Part shown: positions 11,044 through 20,303 of the stretch, piece by piece
How the letters are laid out: every line of letters begins with the position of its first letter
How positions within the stretch are numbered: the stretch's first letter is position 1
NCBI GenBank assembly: GCA_964598205.1
Contig: CAZRBB010000003.1
Span: forward strand, 17,046 to 81,045
Length of the DNA stretch: 64,000 nucleotides
Source: an uncultured Candidatus Saccharibacteria bacterium
GTDB lineage: Bacteria; Patescibacteriota; Minisyncoccia; CAIUEV01; JAHKAQ01
Direction: 5' to 3'
Notes under the pieces: model-generated
Told to the model about the DNA's origin: nothing
Databases searched by the model: none
The model's input: the letters and a program-made list of their open reading frames with translations, nothing else
Program-made: the position numbers and the translations under genes

Positions 11044-11517
11044 ATGACTTTAAAAAGAAAAATCGTTATCGCCTCCGATCATGGGGGTTTTATTTTGAAA
11101 AAAGAAATAAAGAGCTGGCTCAAAAAACAAGGATACAAGATTCAAGATTTAGGAACTAATAATTCCAAGGGGGTTGATTACCCTATCTATGCGCAAAAAG
11201 TAGCAGAAGCTATTGGGCAAGAACTGGCTACGGAAGGAATTCTGATTTGTTCTTCTGGTATAGGAATGAGCATGGCTGCTAACCGTTTTCCTGGAATCAG
11301 GGCGGCTTTATGCAGGAACCCAAAAGATGCGGCCACTACCAAAAAGCACAACTTGGCTAATGTGTTATGCCTAGGAGCAGAAGAAACAGATTCTACCTTG
11401 GCTTTTCAAATAGTTAAAACCTGGCTTGATTCAGAAGCAGGCAAAGAAGAAAGATACCGAAGAAGAGCGGCTCTTCTTGATTTCTTAGGAAGATCTCATT
11501 GCTCTGGTTGTTTTTAA
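11044..11517 (+). CDS. rpiB: Ribose-5-phosphate isomerase B
   Basis: ASDHGG, DYP, CSSGIGMSMAANR, HNLANVLCLG. Confidence 0.95.
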   Translation: MTLKRKIVIASDHGGFILKKEIKSWLKKQGYKIQDLGTNNSKGVDYPIYAQKVAEAIGQELATEGILICSSGIGMSMAANRFPGIRAALCRNPKDAATTKKHNLANVLCLGAEETDSTLAFQIVKTWLDSEAGKEERYRRRAALLDFLGRSHCSGCF

Positions 11518-11530
11518 ATAATTTAAAAAT

Positions 11531-12184
11531 ATGAAACTTCAAGTAGCTCTAGATTTTTTGAATCTTGATCAAGCCCTGAAAGTGGCTAAGGATGTCGCAT
11601 TATTCGTCGATATTCTAGAAGCGGGAACCCCTTTAATCAAGTCTACCGGAATGGAAAGTGTCCGACAGCTAAAGGCTCTTTTCCCAGATAAAATAATTGA
11701 TGCCGATCTAAAGACGGCTGATGTGGGAGATTTGGAAGTAAAAATGGCCGCTGAGGCAGGAGCGTCTTTGATTCATGTTTTAGGGCTCGCTCCTTTGGAA
11801 ACAATAGAAGAGGCAGTTTTAGAAGCCAAGAAATTTCCTGGAGTAAAGATCGTGGTTGATATTTGCGGAGCCTTAGCCATTCTTTCTGAATCGGAATTCG
11901 AAAAGAGAATTCGGCAAATAGAAGAAACCGGACCGGACTATTTAGAAATTCATACCGCTATTAGCCAGCAAAGAAAAGGAGAAGATCCCTTTGGGGCAAT
12001 TAAGAAAGTTTCCTCAATCTCAAAACTTCCTCTGTCCGTTGCCGGAGGAATTAACAAGACTTCTGTTGAAAAACTAAGAGGAATTGCAAATTTGGAAATT
12101 ATAATCGTAGGAGGAGGGATTACGCAGGCGGCAAGTCCAAAAACAGAAGCTCAGGAAATCAAAAATATTATTCAAACTTTTTAA
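11531..12184 (+). CDS. hxlA: 3-hexulose-6-phosphate synthase
   Basis: MKLQVALD, EAGTPLIK, DLKTADVG, VAGGI, VGGGIT; adjacent to PHI. Confidence 0.88.
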   Translation: MKLQVALDFLNLDQALKVAKDVALFVDILEAGTPLIKSTGMESVRQLKALFPDKIIDADLKTADVGDLEVKMAAEAGASLIHVLGLAPLETIEEAVLEAKKFPGVKIVVDICGALAILSESEFEKRIRQIEETGPDYLEIHTAISQQRKGEDPFGAIKKVSSISKLPLSVAGGINKTSVEKLRGIANLEIIIVGGGITQAASPKTEAQEIKNIIQTF

Positions 12185-12762
12185 TGATTGACCAAGTAAT
12201 TCAAAAGTATTTAAAAGGAATAGAGGAGACTCTCTTGCCTCTTGATTCCAAGCAAACCGAGCTCCTAATAGAAGATATCCTAAAAGCAAAAAGAATTTTT
12301 ATTTTTGGAGCGGGAAGAAGCGGTTTGGTAGGCAAAGCTTTTGCCATGAGGTTAATGCATTTAGGGAAAAAGGTTTTCTTTATTGGAGAAACAACAACTC
12401 CAGCAATAGAAAAAAATGATGCTTTATTTTTTGTTTCTGGGTCAGGGAATACGCTCTCAGTAGTTAATATGATCAGAGCCACTAAAACAAAAAAAATAAA
12501 AATTTTAGGAATCACTTCTTGTAAAGATGGGGCTCTTTTTAAGGAAGGAGATAATGTGATCTGTATTGAAGGTGAAATTTGTAAACGCCAAGTTGATTAT
12601 CTGACCATGCAAATAATGGGACTAGCTCGCAAAATAGCACCATTAGGATCCAACTTTGAATCATCCGCTCTAGTTTATTTGGATTCTCTGATTGTCCTTT
12701 TAATGGCGAGAACAAATAAAAGCGAGCAAGATTTAAAAAAAAGACATGCCAACCTTGAATAA
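12184..12762 (+). CDS. hxlB: 6-phospho-3-hexuloisomerase
   Basis: GAGRSG, FAMRLMHLG, GETTTP, SGSG, APLGSNFE, C-terminal RHANLE. Confidence 0.93.
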   Translation: MIDQVIQKYLKGIEETLLPLDSKQTELLIEDILKAKRIFIFGAGRSGLVGKAFAMRLMHLGKKVFFIGETTTPAIEKNDALFFVSGSGNTLSVVNMIRATKTKKIKILGITSCKDGALFKEGDNVICIEGEICKRQVDYLTMQIMGLARKIAPLGSNFESSALVYLDSLIVLLMARTNKSEQDLKKRHANLE

Positions 12763-13708
12763 AAGAAAAGTAGTGAAAAATGATTTCGTGCTTTTAGGAG
12801 GGAAGGCTTCTTGGGAAATAGCTCAAAAAATATCTAAAGAACTTAGAAAGCCATTGGGAAAGGTTGAATATACTGTTTTTCCTAATCAAGAAACAAGGGT
12901 TAGGGTTTTAGAAAAGGTTGAACAAAAGACGGTTTTTATTATTCAATCCCTATCCTCTCCTTCGGAAACATCTTTGATGGAACTCTTTCTCTTGGCCAAT
13001 GCTGCTAAATACGGTGGTGCCAAAAAAATCATAGCTGTTACCCCTTGGTTGGCTTACTCCCCCCAAGATAAAATTTTTAGAGCAGGAGAAGCCCTTTCTT
13101 CCGCACTAATAGCTAGCCTTATTCGAGCCGCCGGAATCAAGGAAATAATACTCCTAGATGTCCATTCCTCTAAAAATATTGACCACCTTTTAGAAAACTC
13201 TATAAAAGTCCACCATCTGAGTGCTCTTCCTATTTTTGCCGAGAAACTGAAGAAAATAAAGGGTTCCGCTGATTGGATTGTGCTTAGAGTAGACAAGGGG
13301 GCCGATGAACGGTCTATCAACTTGGCAAAGTTACTAAATCTTCCTGTTGTTAACTTTGAAAAAAAGAGAGACAGAAAAACAGGAAGTGTTAGTTTTGAAA
13401 AAATTACGCTAAATTTGGCAGGGAAAAAAATTATTTCCTTTGATGATTTTATTTCGACTGGAGGCAGTCTTTTAAAATCAGTGGAGATTGCTAAAAAAAA
13501 TGGAGCAACTTCTTTTACAAATTGCAGTACTCATGGAATCTTAGCTTTAGATGCCACTGTAAAAATTCAAAAAAGCTCCCTAAATAACCTTTTCCTTACA
13601 GATTCCTACCCTATCCCCAAAGAAAAAAGAATCCAAAAAATAAAAATTATAAGCTGTGCTAAAATAATTGCCGAAAAAATTAGTGAGTTGATTTCTCTAG
13701 AATCTTAG
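12746..13708 (+). CDS. prs: Ribose-phosphate pyrophosphokinase
   Basis: FPNQETRVR, PWLAYSPQDK, LDVHS, DDFISTGGS, STHG. Confidence 0.93.
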   Translation: MPTLNKRKVVKNDFVLLGGKASWEIAQKISKELRKPLGKVEYTVFPNQETRVRVLEKVEQKTVFIIQSLSSPSETSLMELFLLANAAKYGGAKKIIAVTPWLAYSPQDKIFRAGEALSSALIASLIRAAGIKEIILLDVHSSKNIDHLLENSIKVHHLSALPIFAEKLKKIKGSADWIVLRVDKGADERSINLAKLLNLPVVNFEKKRDRKTGSVSFEKITLNLAGKKIISFDDFISTGGSLLKSVEIAKKNGATSFTNCSTHGILALDATVKIQKSSLNNLFLTDSYPIPKEKRIQKIKIISCAKIIAEKISELISLES

Positions 13709-14225
13709 AAGCATTTTCTAAAATTACTACGGCATTTTCAGCGGTAAAATTGTCTATTTCGAAAAGAGGGTCATGAACAATGCTATTCCTTGTTCTGTGC
13801 GCTTCCCAAATATCATTCAGCTCTCCCAAAAGAGTGGCGTCGGTAATATTTTTAAGTCTTTCTCCTATTGTTTCTCCAGGAACTCCCGCTTTTTTTAGCC
13901 CGTCGTCGAGCGCTTTATCTGCTTCAATAACGGCTATCTTCCAGTCATTGGGATTAACCGAACGCAATTTGAATTTTATTTTATCCCAAGCACTCCCCGG
14001 TACCTTGAGAGTTCCTTTTTGATCTTTGGATCTCTTTTTCTTGTTTCCCCAGAAAGCATAATCCCAAAGATTGGGATATTTCTTAACCAAAAGAAGGAGA
14101 TCTAAAAAAACTACCACCAAGTAAAAAATTAAAACCCATTTTATTACCTGCCCCTGATAAGATCTGCGAAAATCAAAAGACGCCTCAGAAAGAAAGTTAA
14201 ATAGACTAATAATTTGATCAGCCAT
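13680..14225 (-). CDS. Hypothetical membrane-anchored protein
   Basis: One TM then WKIAVIEADK...GETIGERLK...WEAHRTRNSIVH (RxxxxH-like motif). Confidence 0.7.
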   Translation of the reverse strand: MADQIISLFNFLSEASFDFRRSYQGQVIKWVLIFYLVVVFLDLLLLVKKYPNLWDYAFWGNKKKRSKDQKGTLKVPGSAWDKIKFKLRSVNPNDWKIAVIEADKALDDGLKKAGVPGETIGERLKNITDATLLGELNDIWEAHRTRNSIVHDPLFEIDNFTAENAVVILENASKILEKSTH

Positions 14226-14229
14226 TAAA

Positions 14230-15702
14230 TTAAAGATCGCAAGTTAGCTTTTCAAAATGATAGGCCCCTCTTAGCAGGGTTTCTTCGTCCCACCACTTCC
14301 CTATTAACTGAAAGCCTATGGGAAGTTTGTTCTTAAATTTAGTTCCCATAATTCCATTTGTTTCTTCTGGTGCATCAACCCATCCGGCATTAACCGAGAT
14401 AGCGCAAATTCCAGCCAAATTAACATAGCAGGAATAAATGTCGGCTAAATACATAGATAGTGGGTCAGCCTTCTCTCCAATCTTAAAGGCTGGAGCGGCC
14501 ATTGTTGGAGTTGCAATGAGATCAAATTTTTGAAAAACACTTTTTGCTTCTTCCTGAATTAACCTTCTAACTTGTTGCGCTTTTTTATAAAAAGCATCGT
14601 AATAGCCAGAACTCAAAGAATAATTGCCTAGAATAATTCTCCGTTTTACTTCTGGTCCCAAAAAATTGGTCCTTGTTTTTAAATAGAGATCTTTTAAATT
14701 TTTAGCGTTGTCGATTCTCTTCCCGTATTTTATCCCATCAAATCTTGCCAAGTTGGAACTGATTTCGCTAGGAACTAGAATATAATAGACGGCTACCGCA
14801 GGTTCTCCAAAGAGAGGAAGAGAAATCTCTTCTATCTTTGCCCCCTGTTTCTCTAGGCCTTTAAGCCGATCAAAAAATATTTCTTTAACCTGTGGGTCTA
14901 GTCCTTCTTGAGTAGCTTCTTTAGGATAGGCTATTTTTAACCCCGAAAGACCAAGGCGAAAATCTCTAGCAAAGTTTTTTCCCGAAAAACCAGAAGAAGT
15001 AGAGTCCTGCTTGTCTTTGCCGCTAATTACCGAAAGCATGGTGGCTGCATCTTCTACATTTTGAGTGATCGGAGCCACTGTATCAATAGAGGAACACATA
15101 GACATAAGCCCGTAGCGAGATACTCTTCCATAGGTTGGCTTAAGGCCTACTAATCCTAAAAAACTGGCTGGAGCCCTAGTTGATCCCCCCGTGTCTGTTC
15201 CAAGAGAAGCAACTGCCCCTCCGTAGCAAACAATCGCACCAGAGCCAGAAGAGCTTCCTCCAGAAACTCTTTTTAGATCATAAGGATTAAGAGTTGGGCC
15301 GTAGGCCGAATTTTCTCCACTTGCTCCATGAGCAAATTCATCACAATTAGTTTTAGCAATAATCACCGCCCCTGCTTTTTTTAGCTTGGAAACAGAAGTT
15401 GCATCGTAAGTAGGAATAAAATTATCTAATATTTTAGAAGAAGCCGTAGTCCTTAAGCCGGCAGTGCAAAGAACATCTTTTATTGCTACTGGAATTCCTT
15501 CTAATTCGCCTGTTTCTTTTTTTTCTTGTCTTTTCTTGTCTGCTTCTGCCGCTACCCTAAGAGCCTCTTCTTTGTTTAGCGTAATTACAGCGTTAATCCC
15601 AGCTCCTTCTCCTTTCTCTATTTTTTGTAGCGCTTCTTCCACTAAAAAGACGCTGGTCACCTCTCCTTTAGATAATTTATTTTTAATTCCTTTTATATCC
15701 AT
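14230..15702 (-). CDS. gatA: Asp/Glu-tRNA amidotransferase subunit A
   Basis: Amidase signature GGSSSGS, LGTDTGGS, KPTYGRVSRYG, EVKRRIILG. Confidence 0.97.
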   Translation of the reverse strand: MDIKGIKNKLSKGEVTSVFLVEEALQKIEKGEGAGINAVITLNKEEALRVAAEADKKRQEKKETGELEGIPVAIKDVLCTAGLRTTASSKILDNFIPTYDATSVSKLKKAGAVIIAKTNCDEFAHGASGENSAYGPTLNPYDLKRVSGGSSSGSGAIVCYGGAVASLGTDTGGSTRAPASFLGLVGLKPTYGRVSRYGLMSMCSSIDTVAPITQNVEDAATMLSVISGKDKQDSTSSGFSGKNFARDFRLGLSGLKIAYPKEATQEGLDPQVKEIFFDRLKGLEKQGAKIEEISLPLFGEPAVAVYYILVPSEISSNLARFDGIKYGKRIDNAKNLKDLYLKTRTNFLGPEVKRRIILGNYSLSSGYYDAFYKKAQQVRRLIQEEAKSVFQKFDLIATPTMAAPAFKIGEKADPLSMYLADIYSCYVNLAGICAISVNAGWVDAPEETNGIMGTKFKNKLPIGFQLIGKWWDEETLLRGAYHFEKLTCDL

Positions 15703-15705
15703 AAA

Positions 15706-15990
15706 TTATTTTGAAAAGCTTTTAGTCTTTAAAAATCCGGACTGAGAATCGGGAGCGTTTTTAATAATTTTATCTTGATTCAAAGGCAAAACAACTTTAT
15801 CCATAAAAACAATATCTTCTTCCAAGGAAGAACTGAGTAGTGGCTCAATATTTTTTGTATTAATTTTTTCAAGTTTTCTAAAAAAATCAACAACATTCGA
15901 AAGCTCCTTGAAGTATTTTTTTGATTCTTCTTCCGACAACTCAAGAAAGCTGAGTCTAGAAATCTTTAGAATGTCTTCTTGGGTGATCAT
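15706..15990 (-). CDS. gatC: Asp/Glu-tRNA amidotransferase subunit C
   Basis: 94 aa upstream of gatA, ISRLSFLEL...NAP. Confidence 0.9.
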   Translation of the reverse strand: MITQEDILKISRLSFLELSEEESKKYFKELSNVVDFFRKLEKINTKNIEPLLSSSLEEDIVFMDKVVLPLNQDKIIKNAPDSQSGFLKTKSFSK

Positions 15991-16205
15991 TTTTGAAAAA
16001 GAAATTATTTTATCTTAACTGATTTCCCATTTTTAACTATCTGTTTTTTAGCATAATTTCCAAATAAAACAAAAGAACTGACCGCCGTCTATGAAAGAAC
16101 TTGCCAGACCGTTTTAATCTTGATAAACATCAAATAAAGTTTTTTAAAATTAAAAATTGATGACTAGCTCAAAATTTTAAAAGACATATAATAGGATATG
16201 TTTTA

Positions 16206-16276
16206 GGCCAGGTGCCCGAGCGGTTAGGAGAAGGTCTGCAAAACCTTTCACAGGGGTTCAACTCCCCTCCTGGCCT
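16206..16276 (+). tRNA. tRNA-Cys(GCA), CCA not encoded
   Basis: Acceptor ggccagg/cctggcc, anticodon arm aaggt-ctGCAaa-acctt, T-arm ggttcaactcc. Confidence 0.95.
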
Positions 16277-16283
16277 CTTCTTT

Positions 16284-16370
16284 GCCCGGATGGTGAAATG
16301 GTAGACACAAGGGACTTAAAATCCCTCGAGATGTTCTCTCATGCGAGTTCGAGTCTCGCTCCGGGCACCA
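16284..16370 (+). tRNA. tRNA-Leu(TAA)
   Basis: Acceptor gcccgga/tccgggc, anticodon arm aggga-ctTAAaa-tccct, long variable arm, encoded CCA. Confidence 0.96.
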
Positions 16371-16699
16371 GTAATTGAAGGAAAGCAATTGTCTACATAA
16401 AGATGCTTGACTTTACTTTCTTTTGCGGTAGGCTTTTAAGAGTTTAAAAGTTAATCAGAGAAATTGATTGGTTTTTTATTCTAAAAAACCATAAGTTTCT
16501 TTGAACAGGAAGTTTAACCATTAGTAAAGAAGCTAAAAACCTCTTTAGTAAAAAGACCTCCAACGATTTAAGGAGGATTCAAAAAATTAAAAAAAACCCC
16601 TTAAAGTACTGTCTTCTTGTTTCCAAGGTTAAAGAATGGTGTGGCCGCCTGAATGCCATTCAAAGGAAAACGACAAAAAAGTTAAGGGGAGGACATTTT

Positions 16700-17746
16700 T
16701 TGTTTTTGGTTAACATAATAAAAAAGAATGCTGCAAGAACAGGTGTTCTTTTTTGTGCCGTTTTGGTTTCTTTCTTAAATGCAAAATCTCAGAATAAAAA
16801 ACTTTTCGAAGAATCCTTCCTTAAAGAAAAAGGGATCCTAACAACTCAACACCAAAAAATCGAACAACCAACTTCTTTAGCTTTGGCTCCAATCGCCGAA
16901 GCTCATGAAATGATAGATTACGAAAGATTCCTTAAGGAAGAAGGGGAAAAGAACACAGTCCTTGGCTCCTTGATGCCGGTGACCAATCCTACTCCCGAAG
17001 AATTTGGTAGCTCCGGACAAGATGTTTTTGTTTATAAGGTAAAAGATGGCGACACCATTGGTTCAATTGCTTTAAAATACTCTGTAACTGCCAACACTCT
17101 TCTTTGGGCAAACGATTTGGCTGATAATTCTGTTATAAAGCCTGGTGATGAGATTTTTATTTTACCAATAACCGGAATAAAGCACAGGGTAGAAAGTGGT
17201 GACACGGTAAAATCTTTAGCTAAAAAATACAAAACCAACGAACAAAAAATTATTTCCTTTAATAATCTTCCAGCCGATGGAGAAATGAAGAAGGGCGAAG
17301 AGATAATCATTCCCGACGGAGAGAGAGATGATCAATCTAGATACCGAAACGCAGAAGCCGATCTTTATGCCAAGCTCACCGGAAAAACTCTAGACGCCCC
17401 AGTAGCTTCTGTAGAAAATTCAAAGAAATTATACCAATACCCAGCTCATAAATTTCCTTATGGTTGGTGTACTTGGTATGTTGCCACAAGAAGGCATGTG
17501 CCATGGGGAGGAAATGCTGGAACATGGATTTATCATGCAAAAAGTTATGGCGCTCAAACGGGGAGAAGTCCTAGGGTTGGGGCCATTATGGTTACCGGAG
17601 AAAGTCGCTGGGGACATGTTGCTATAGTGGAAAAAGTAAAAGATGGAAACATAACCGTTTCAGAAATGAACTATAAAGGATGGGGAGTAAAAAGTCAGAG
17701 AACTCTTAGCTCTAGCAGCTCTGTGATAAAAGGATTTATTTATTAA
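16700..17746 (+). CDS. LysM(x2)-CHAP peptidoglycan hydrolase
   Basis: Two LysM repeats (YKVKDGDTIGSIA, HRVESGDTVKSLA); CHAP GWCTWY, WGGNAGTW, WGHVAIVE, SEMN. Confidence 0.92.
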   Translation: MFLVNIIKKNAARTGVLFCAVLVSFLNAKSQNKKLFEESFLKEKGILTTQHQKIEQPTSLALAPIAEAHEMIDYERFLKEEGEKNTVLGSLMPVTNPTPEEFGSSGQDVFVYKVKDGDTIGSIALKYSVTANTLLWANDLADNSVIKPGDEIFILPITGIKHRVESGDTVKSLAKKYKTNEQKIISFNNLPADGEMKKGEEIIIPDGERDDQSRYRNAEADLYAKLTGKTLDAPVASVENSKKLYQYPAHKFPYGWCTWYVATRRHVPWGGNAGTWIYHAKSYGAQTGRSPRVGAIMVTGESRWGHVAIVEKVKDGNITVSEMNYKGWGVKSQRTLSSSSSVIKGFIY

Positions 17747-17869
17747 AGGACTTTACGCGTTTGGCATATTCCTTCGTTAAACCCTGCGCCACTCGCTCAC
17801 CGTAACTTAATTACGCTTCGCTCGCTTGCTCGGGTTTGCCTTGAACTATACTCAAACGCGTAAAGTCCT
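17747..17869. repeat. 123-bp palindromic element (ERIC/MITE-like) between convergent genes
   Basis: 17-bp perfect terminal inverted repeats aggactttacgcgtttg (17747-17763) / caaacgcgtaaagtcct (17853-17869), inner aaaccc/gggttt and cgtaa/ttacg stems. Confidence 0.7.
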
Positions 17870-17872
17870 ATA

Positions 17873-19408
17873 TTAATCTTTGTTTGCTAAAATTTCTTTT
17901 TCTCCTTGGAATTGAAAAGCTTCGGCTATATGCTCTTTTTTAATTGTAGGACTTGCTTCTATGTCGGCTATTGTTTGGGCTATCTTGATTAACTTAAAGT
18001 AAGAACGAAGGGACATTTTTTTTAGTTCCATCAGTTTTTCTAAGAATATTTTTGCCGAATTTTTCATTTTACAATATTTTTCTATTTCCTTAGCTCCTAT
18101 TTCTGAATTGCTGTCTATTAACGACCCAGAGAATCTTTTTGACTGAATAGATCTTGCATTTTCTACTAATTTTCTGGCCATTTCTGAACTAAAACGATTC
18201 CCCTCTTCTTTTATTTCTCCCAAGGAAGATCTTCTCACCTCTACAAACAAATCTATTCTGTCCATAATCGGACCAGAAAGTCGTTGTCTATATTTTAGAA
18301 CAGAAAATGGACTACAAATGCATTCTCTTTCGGGATCTCCGGCGTATCCGCAAGGACAGGGATTCATTGCTCCTACTAAAATAAAGCGAGAAGGATATTT
18401 AACGGTTCCAGAAGCCCTAGAAATAACAACCGATCCATCTTCTAGCGGCTGGCGAAGACTTTCGAGTGTTTTTCTTGAAAATTCTAGAATTTCGTCTAAA
18501 AAAAGGACTCCTTTGTGCGCTAGAGTAATTTCCCCGGGATTGATTCTGGAACCGCCACCAACCAAGGCAACATGAGATGCTGAATGATGAGGAGATCGAA
18601 ATGGTTTTTCTGTAATTAATGGTTCTTCGGAAGAAAGGAGCCCGGCAATGGAGTATATTTTGGAAATTTCTAGTCTTTCCTCAAAGTTAAGCCGAGGCAA
18701 TATTGAAGGAATTGTTTTGGCTAAAAAAGTTTTACCAGTCCCTGGAGGGCCAAAAAGAATAATGTGGTGCCCACCGGCAGCTGAAATAATAATGGCTCTT
18801 TTTGCTTTCTCCTGCCCTCTAACATCTTTGATATCACAAAGGGGAGAGCGTTCTTCTCTTTTCTTTTCTGCCACAGCCCTGCTGGAAGGGAAATGGCCAA
18901 TATTGACCATTTCAATGTAGTCTTTAAGTTCTTTTAAGGGAATGAGCTGAATGTTCTTAACAAAAGAAGCCTCTTTTAAATTAATCCAGGGAATAAACAA
19001 TTTACTGAATCCTTTTTTTGAAGCTTCTATGGCAATGGGTAGGATGCCAGGAGTCTTTCTTATTTTTCCATCTAGGGCGAGCTCTCCTACAAAAGCGACT
19101 TTTTCTTTATTGCTTTTGATTTGTCCAGTGGCTTCTAAAATAGAAATGGCAATGGGAAGATCTAGTCCACAGCCAGTTTTTTTGATATGAGAAGGAGCAA
19201 GACAAACGGTAATCCTCCCAAAATGATGCGGTGGCTTGGCGCCACTGTTTCTAATAGCTGCATCCACTCTTTCTTTGGATTCTCTAACTGCTGTATCTGC
19301 TAATCCTACGAGAGAAAAATTGTGCAGTCCCCCCGATTTATCGGCCTCTATTTCTACTTCCTGGCATTCAAGCCCCACAACAACAAATGATTTTAGAGAA
19401 GAAAACAT
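17873..19408 (-). CDS. comM: YifB/ComM Mg-chelatase-like AAA+ ATPase
   Basis: LVGLADTAVRES, GPPGTGKT, FRSPHHSAS, AMNPCPCG, LSGPIMDRID. Confidence 0.95.
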   Translation of the reverse strand: MFSSLKSFVVVGLECQEVEIEADKSGGLHNFSLVGLADTAVRESKERVDAAIRNSGAKPPHHFGRITVCLAPSHIKKTGCGLDLPIAISILEATGQIKSNKEKVAFVGELALDGKIRKTPGILPIAIEASKKGFSKLFIPWINLKEASFVKNIQLIPLKELKDYIEMVNIGHFPSSRAVAEKKREERSPLCDIKDVRGQEKAKRAIIISAAGGHHIILFGPPGTGKTFLAKTIPSILPRLNFEERLEISKIYSIAGLLSSEEPLITEKPFRSPHHSASHVALVGGGSRINPGEITLAHKGVLFLDEILEFSRKTLESLRQPLEDGSVVISRASGTVKYPSRFILVGAMNPCPCGYAGDPERECICSPFSVLKYRQRLSGPIMDRIDLFVEVRRSSLGEIKEEGNRFSSEMARKLVENARSIQSKRFSGSLIDSNSEIGAKEIEKYCKMKNSAKIFLEKLMELKKMSLRSYFKLIKIAQTIADIEASPTIKKEHIAEAFQFQGEKEILANKD

Positions 19409-19409
19409 C

Positions 19410-19859
19410 TTAGAAAACCTTTCTGTTATAAAGAATAAAAAGAAGAGATAGGGAAATTACAATAAAGGTGTCTGCAATATTGAAAGTTGGCCAAAGCCCC
19501 AAATCAATATAATCAACAACACATCCCAAGGAAATCCTATCCACGAAATTAGAAAAAGATGCACCCAACAAAAGAAACAGAAGGCTTTTCTTTTTAAAAG
19601 GACCTGCAACCTTCAATGCATAGAATAGTAGGGTAACGAGAATAAAAAAATTAAAAAAAAGAATTAAATTAAAATTAAAATCAATGCCAAAAGCCAGCCC
19701 CTTATTACAAATAAGGGTTGATTGTTCCGAAAAATAATTTGATCGGGAAAAATCTAAAAAAATCCGTCTAAAAACGGTTTCAGCAATTAACGGAAAGAAA
19801 AAAAGAAAAAAATACCAAGAAAAAACTCCTAAGCCCTTTTTGAAAAAAAGTGAAGGCAA
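19410..19859 (-). CDS. lspA: Lipoprotein signal peptidase
   Basis: NKGLAFG, SNFVDR, VVDYI, FNIAD. Confidence 0.88.
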   Translation of the reverse strand: MPSLFFKKGLGVFSWYFFLFFFPLIAETVFRRIFLDFSRSNYFSEQSTLICNKGLAFGIDFNFNLILFFNFFILVTLLFYALKVAGPFKKKSLLFLLLGASFSNFVDRISLGCVVDYIDLGLWPTFNIADTFIVISLSLLFILYNRKVF

Positions 19860-19874
19860 GAAAATAAGTTTAAA

Positions 19875-20231
19875 TTATTGAGCGCAGTTTACACAATAAC
19901 GAGCTTCTGGTTTTATGGCCAGTCTTTCCCTGTTTATAGGCTGTTTGCACTTTTCACAAATTCCATAGCCAATTTTTTCTTTGATTTTTTTTAAAGCCAA
20001 TTCAACCCTTCCAAGATCGTTCTCCAACTGACCCTCTAGGATTACCTTTGTTTGATATTCGTCAACTTCTTCTGCATTGTCTTGCTCTTCTTTTCCATAG
20101 TCAGGAAAACAGACTTTATGATCCTTGTCTTTTTCGGAACCGGGATTGCAAGAAAAGCCGTCAATCTGCTCCTTTATTTCCTTGCTCTTTTTTAGAAGAC
20201 TGGCTTCTTGTTGTTTTAGGAAATCATCCAT
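19875..20231 (-). CDS. TraR/DksA C4 zinc-finger protein
   Basis: Coiled coil then YGICEKCKQPINRERL...PEARYCVNC. Confidence 0.9.
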   Translation of the reverse strand: MDDFLKQQEASLLKKSKEIKEQIDGFSCNPGSEKDKDHKVCFPDYGKEEQDNAEEVDEYQTKVILEGQLENDLGRVELALKKIKEKIGYGICEKCKQPINRERLAIKPEARYCVNCAQ

Positions 20232-20303
20232 ACTTTTTGCTTAGCTAATAACTGGTTCCAGTTTAACAATTTTTATTGAAAATTCAAACTTACGCAATTT
20301 TGG

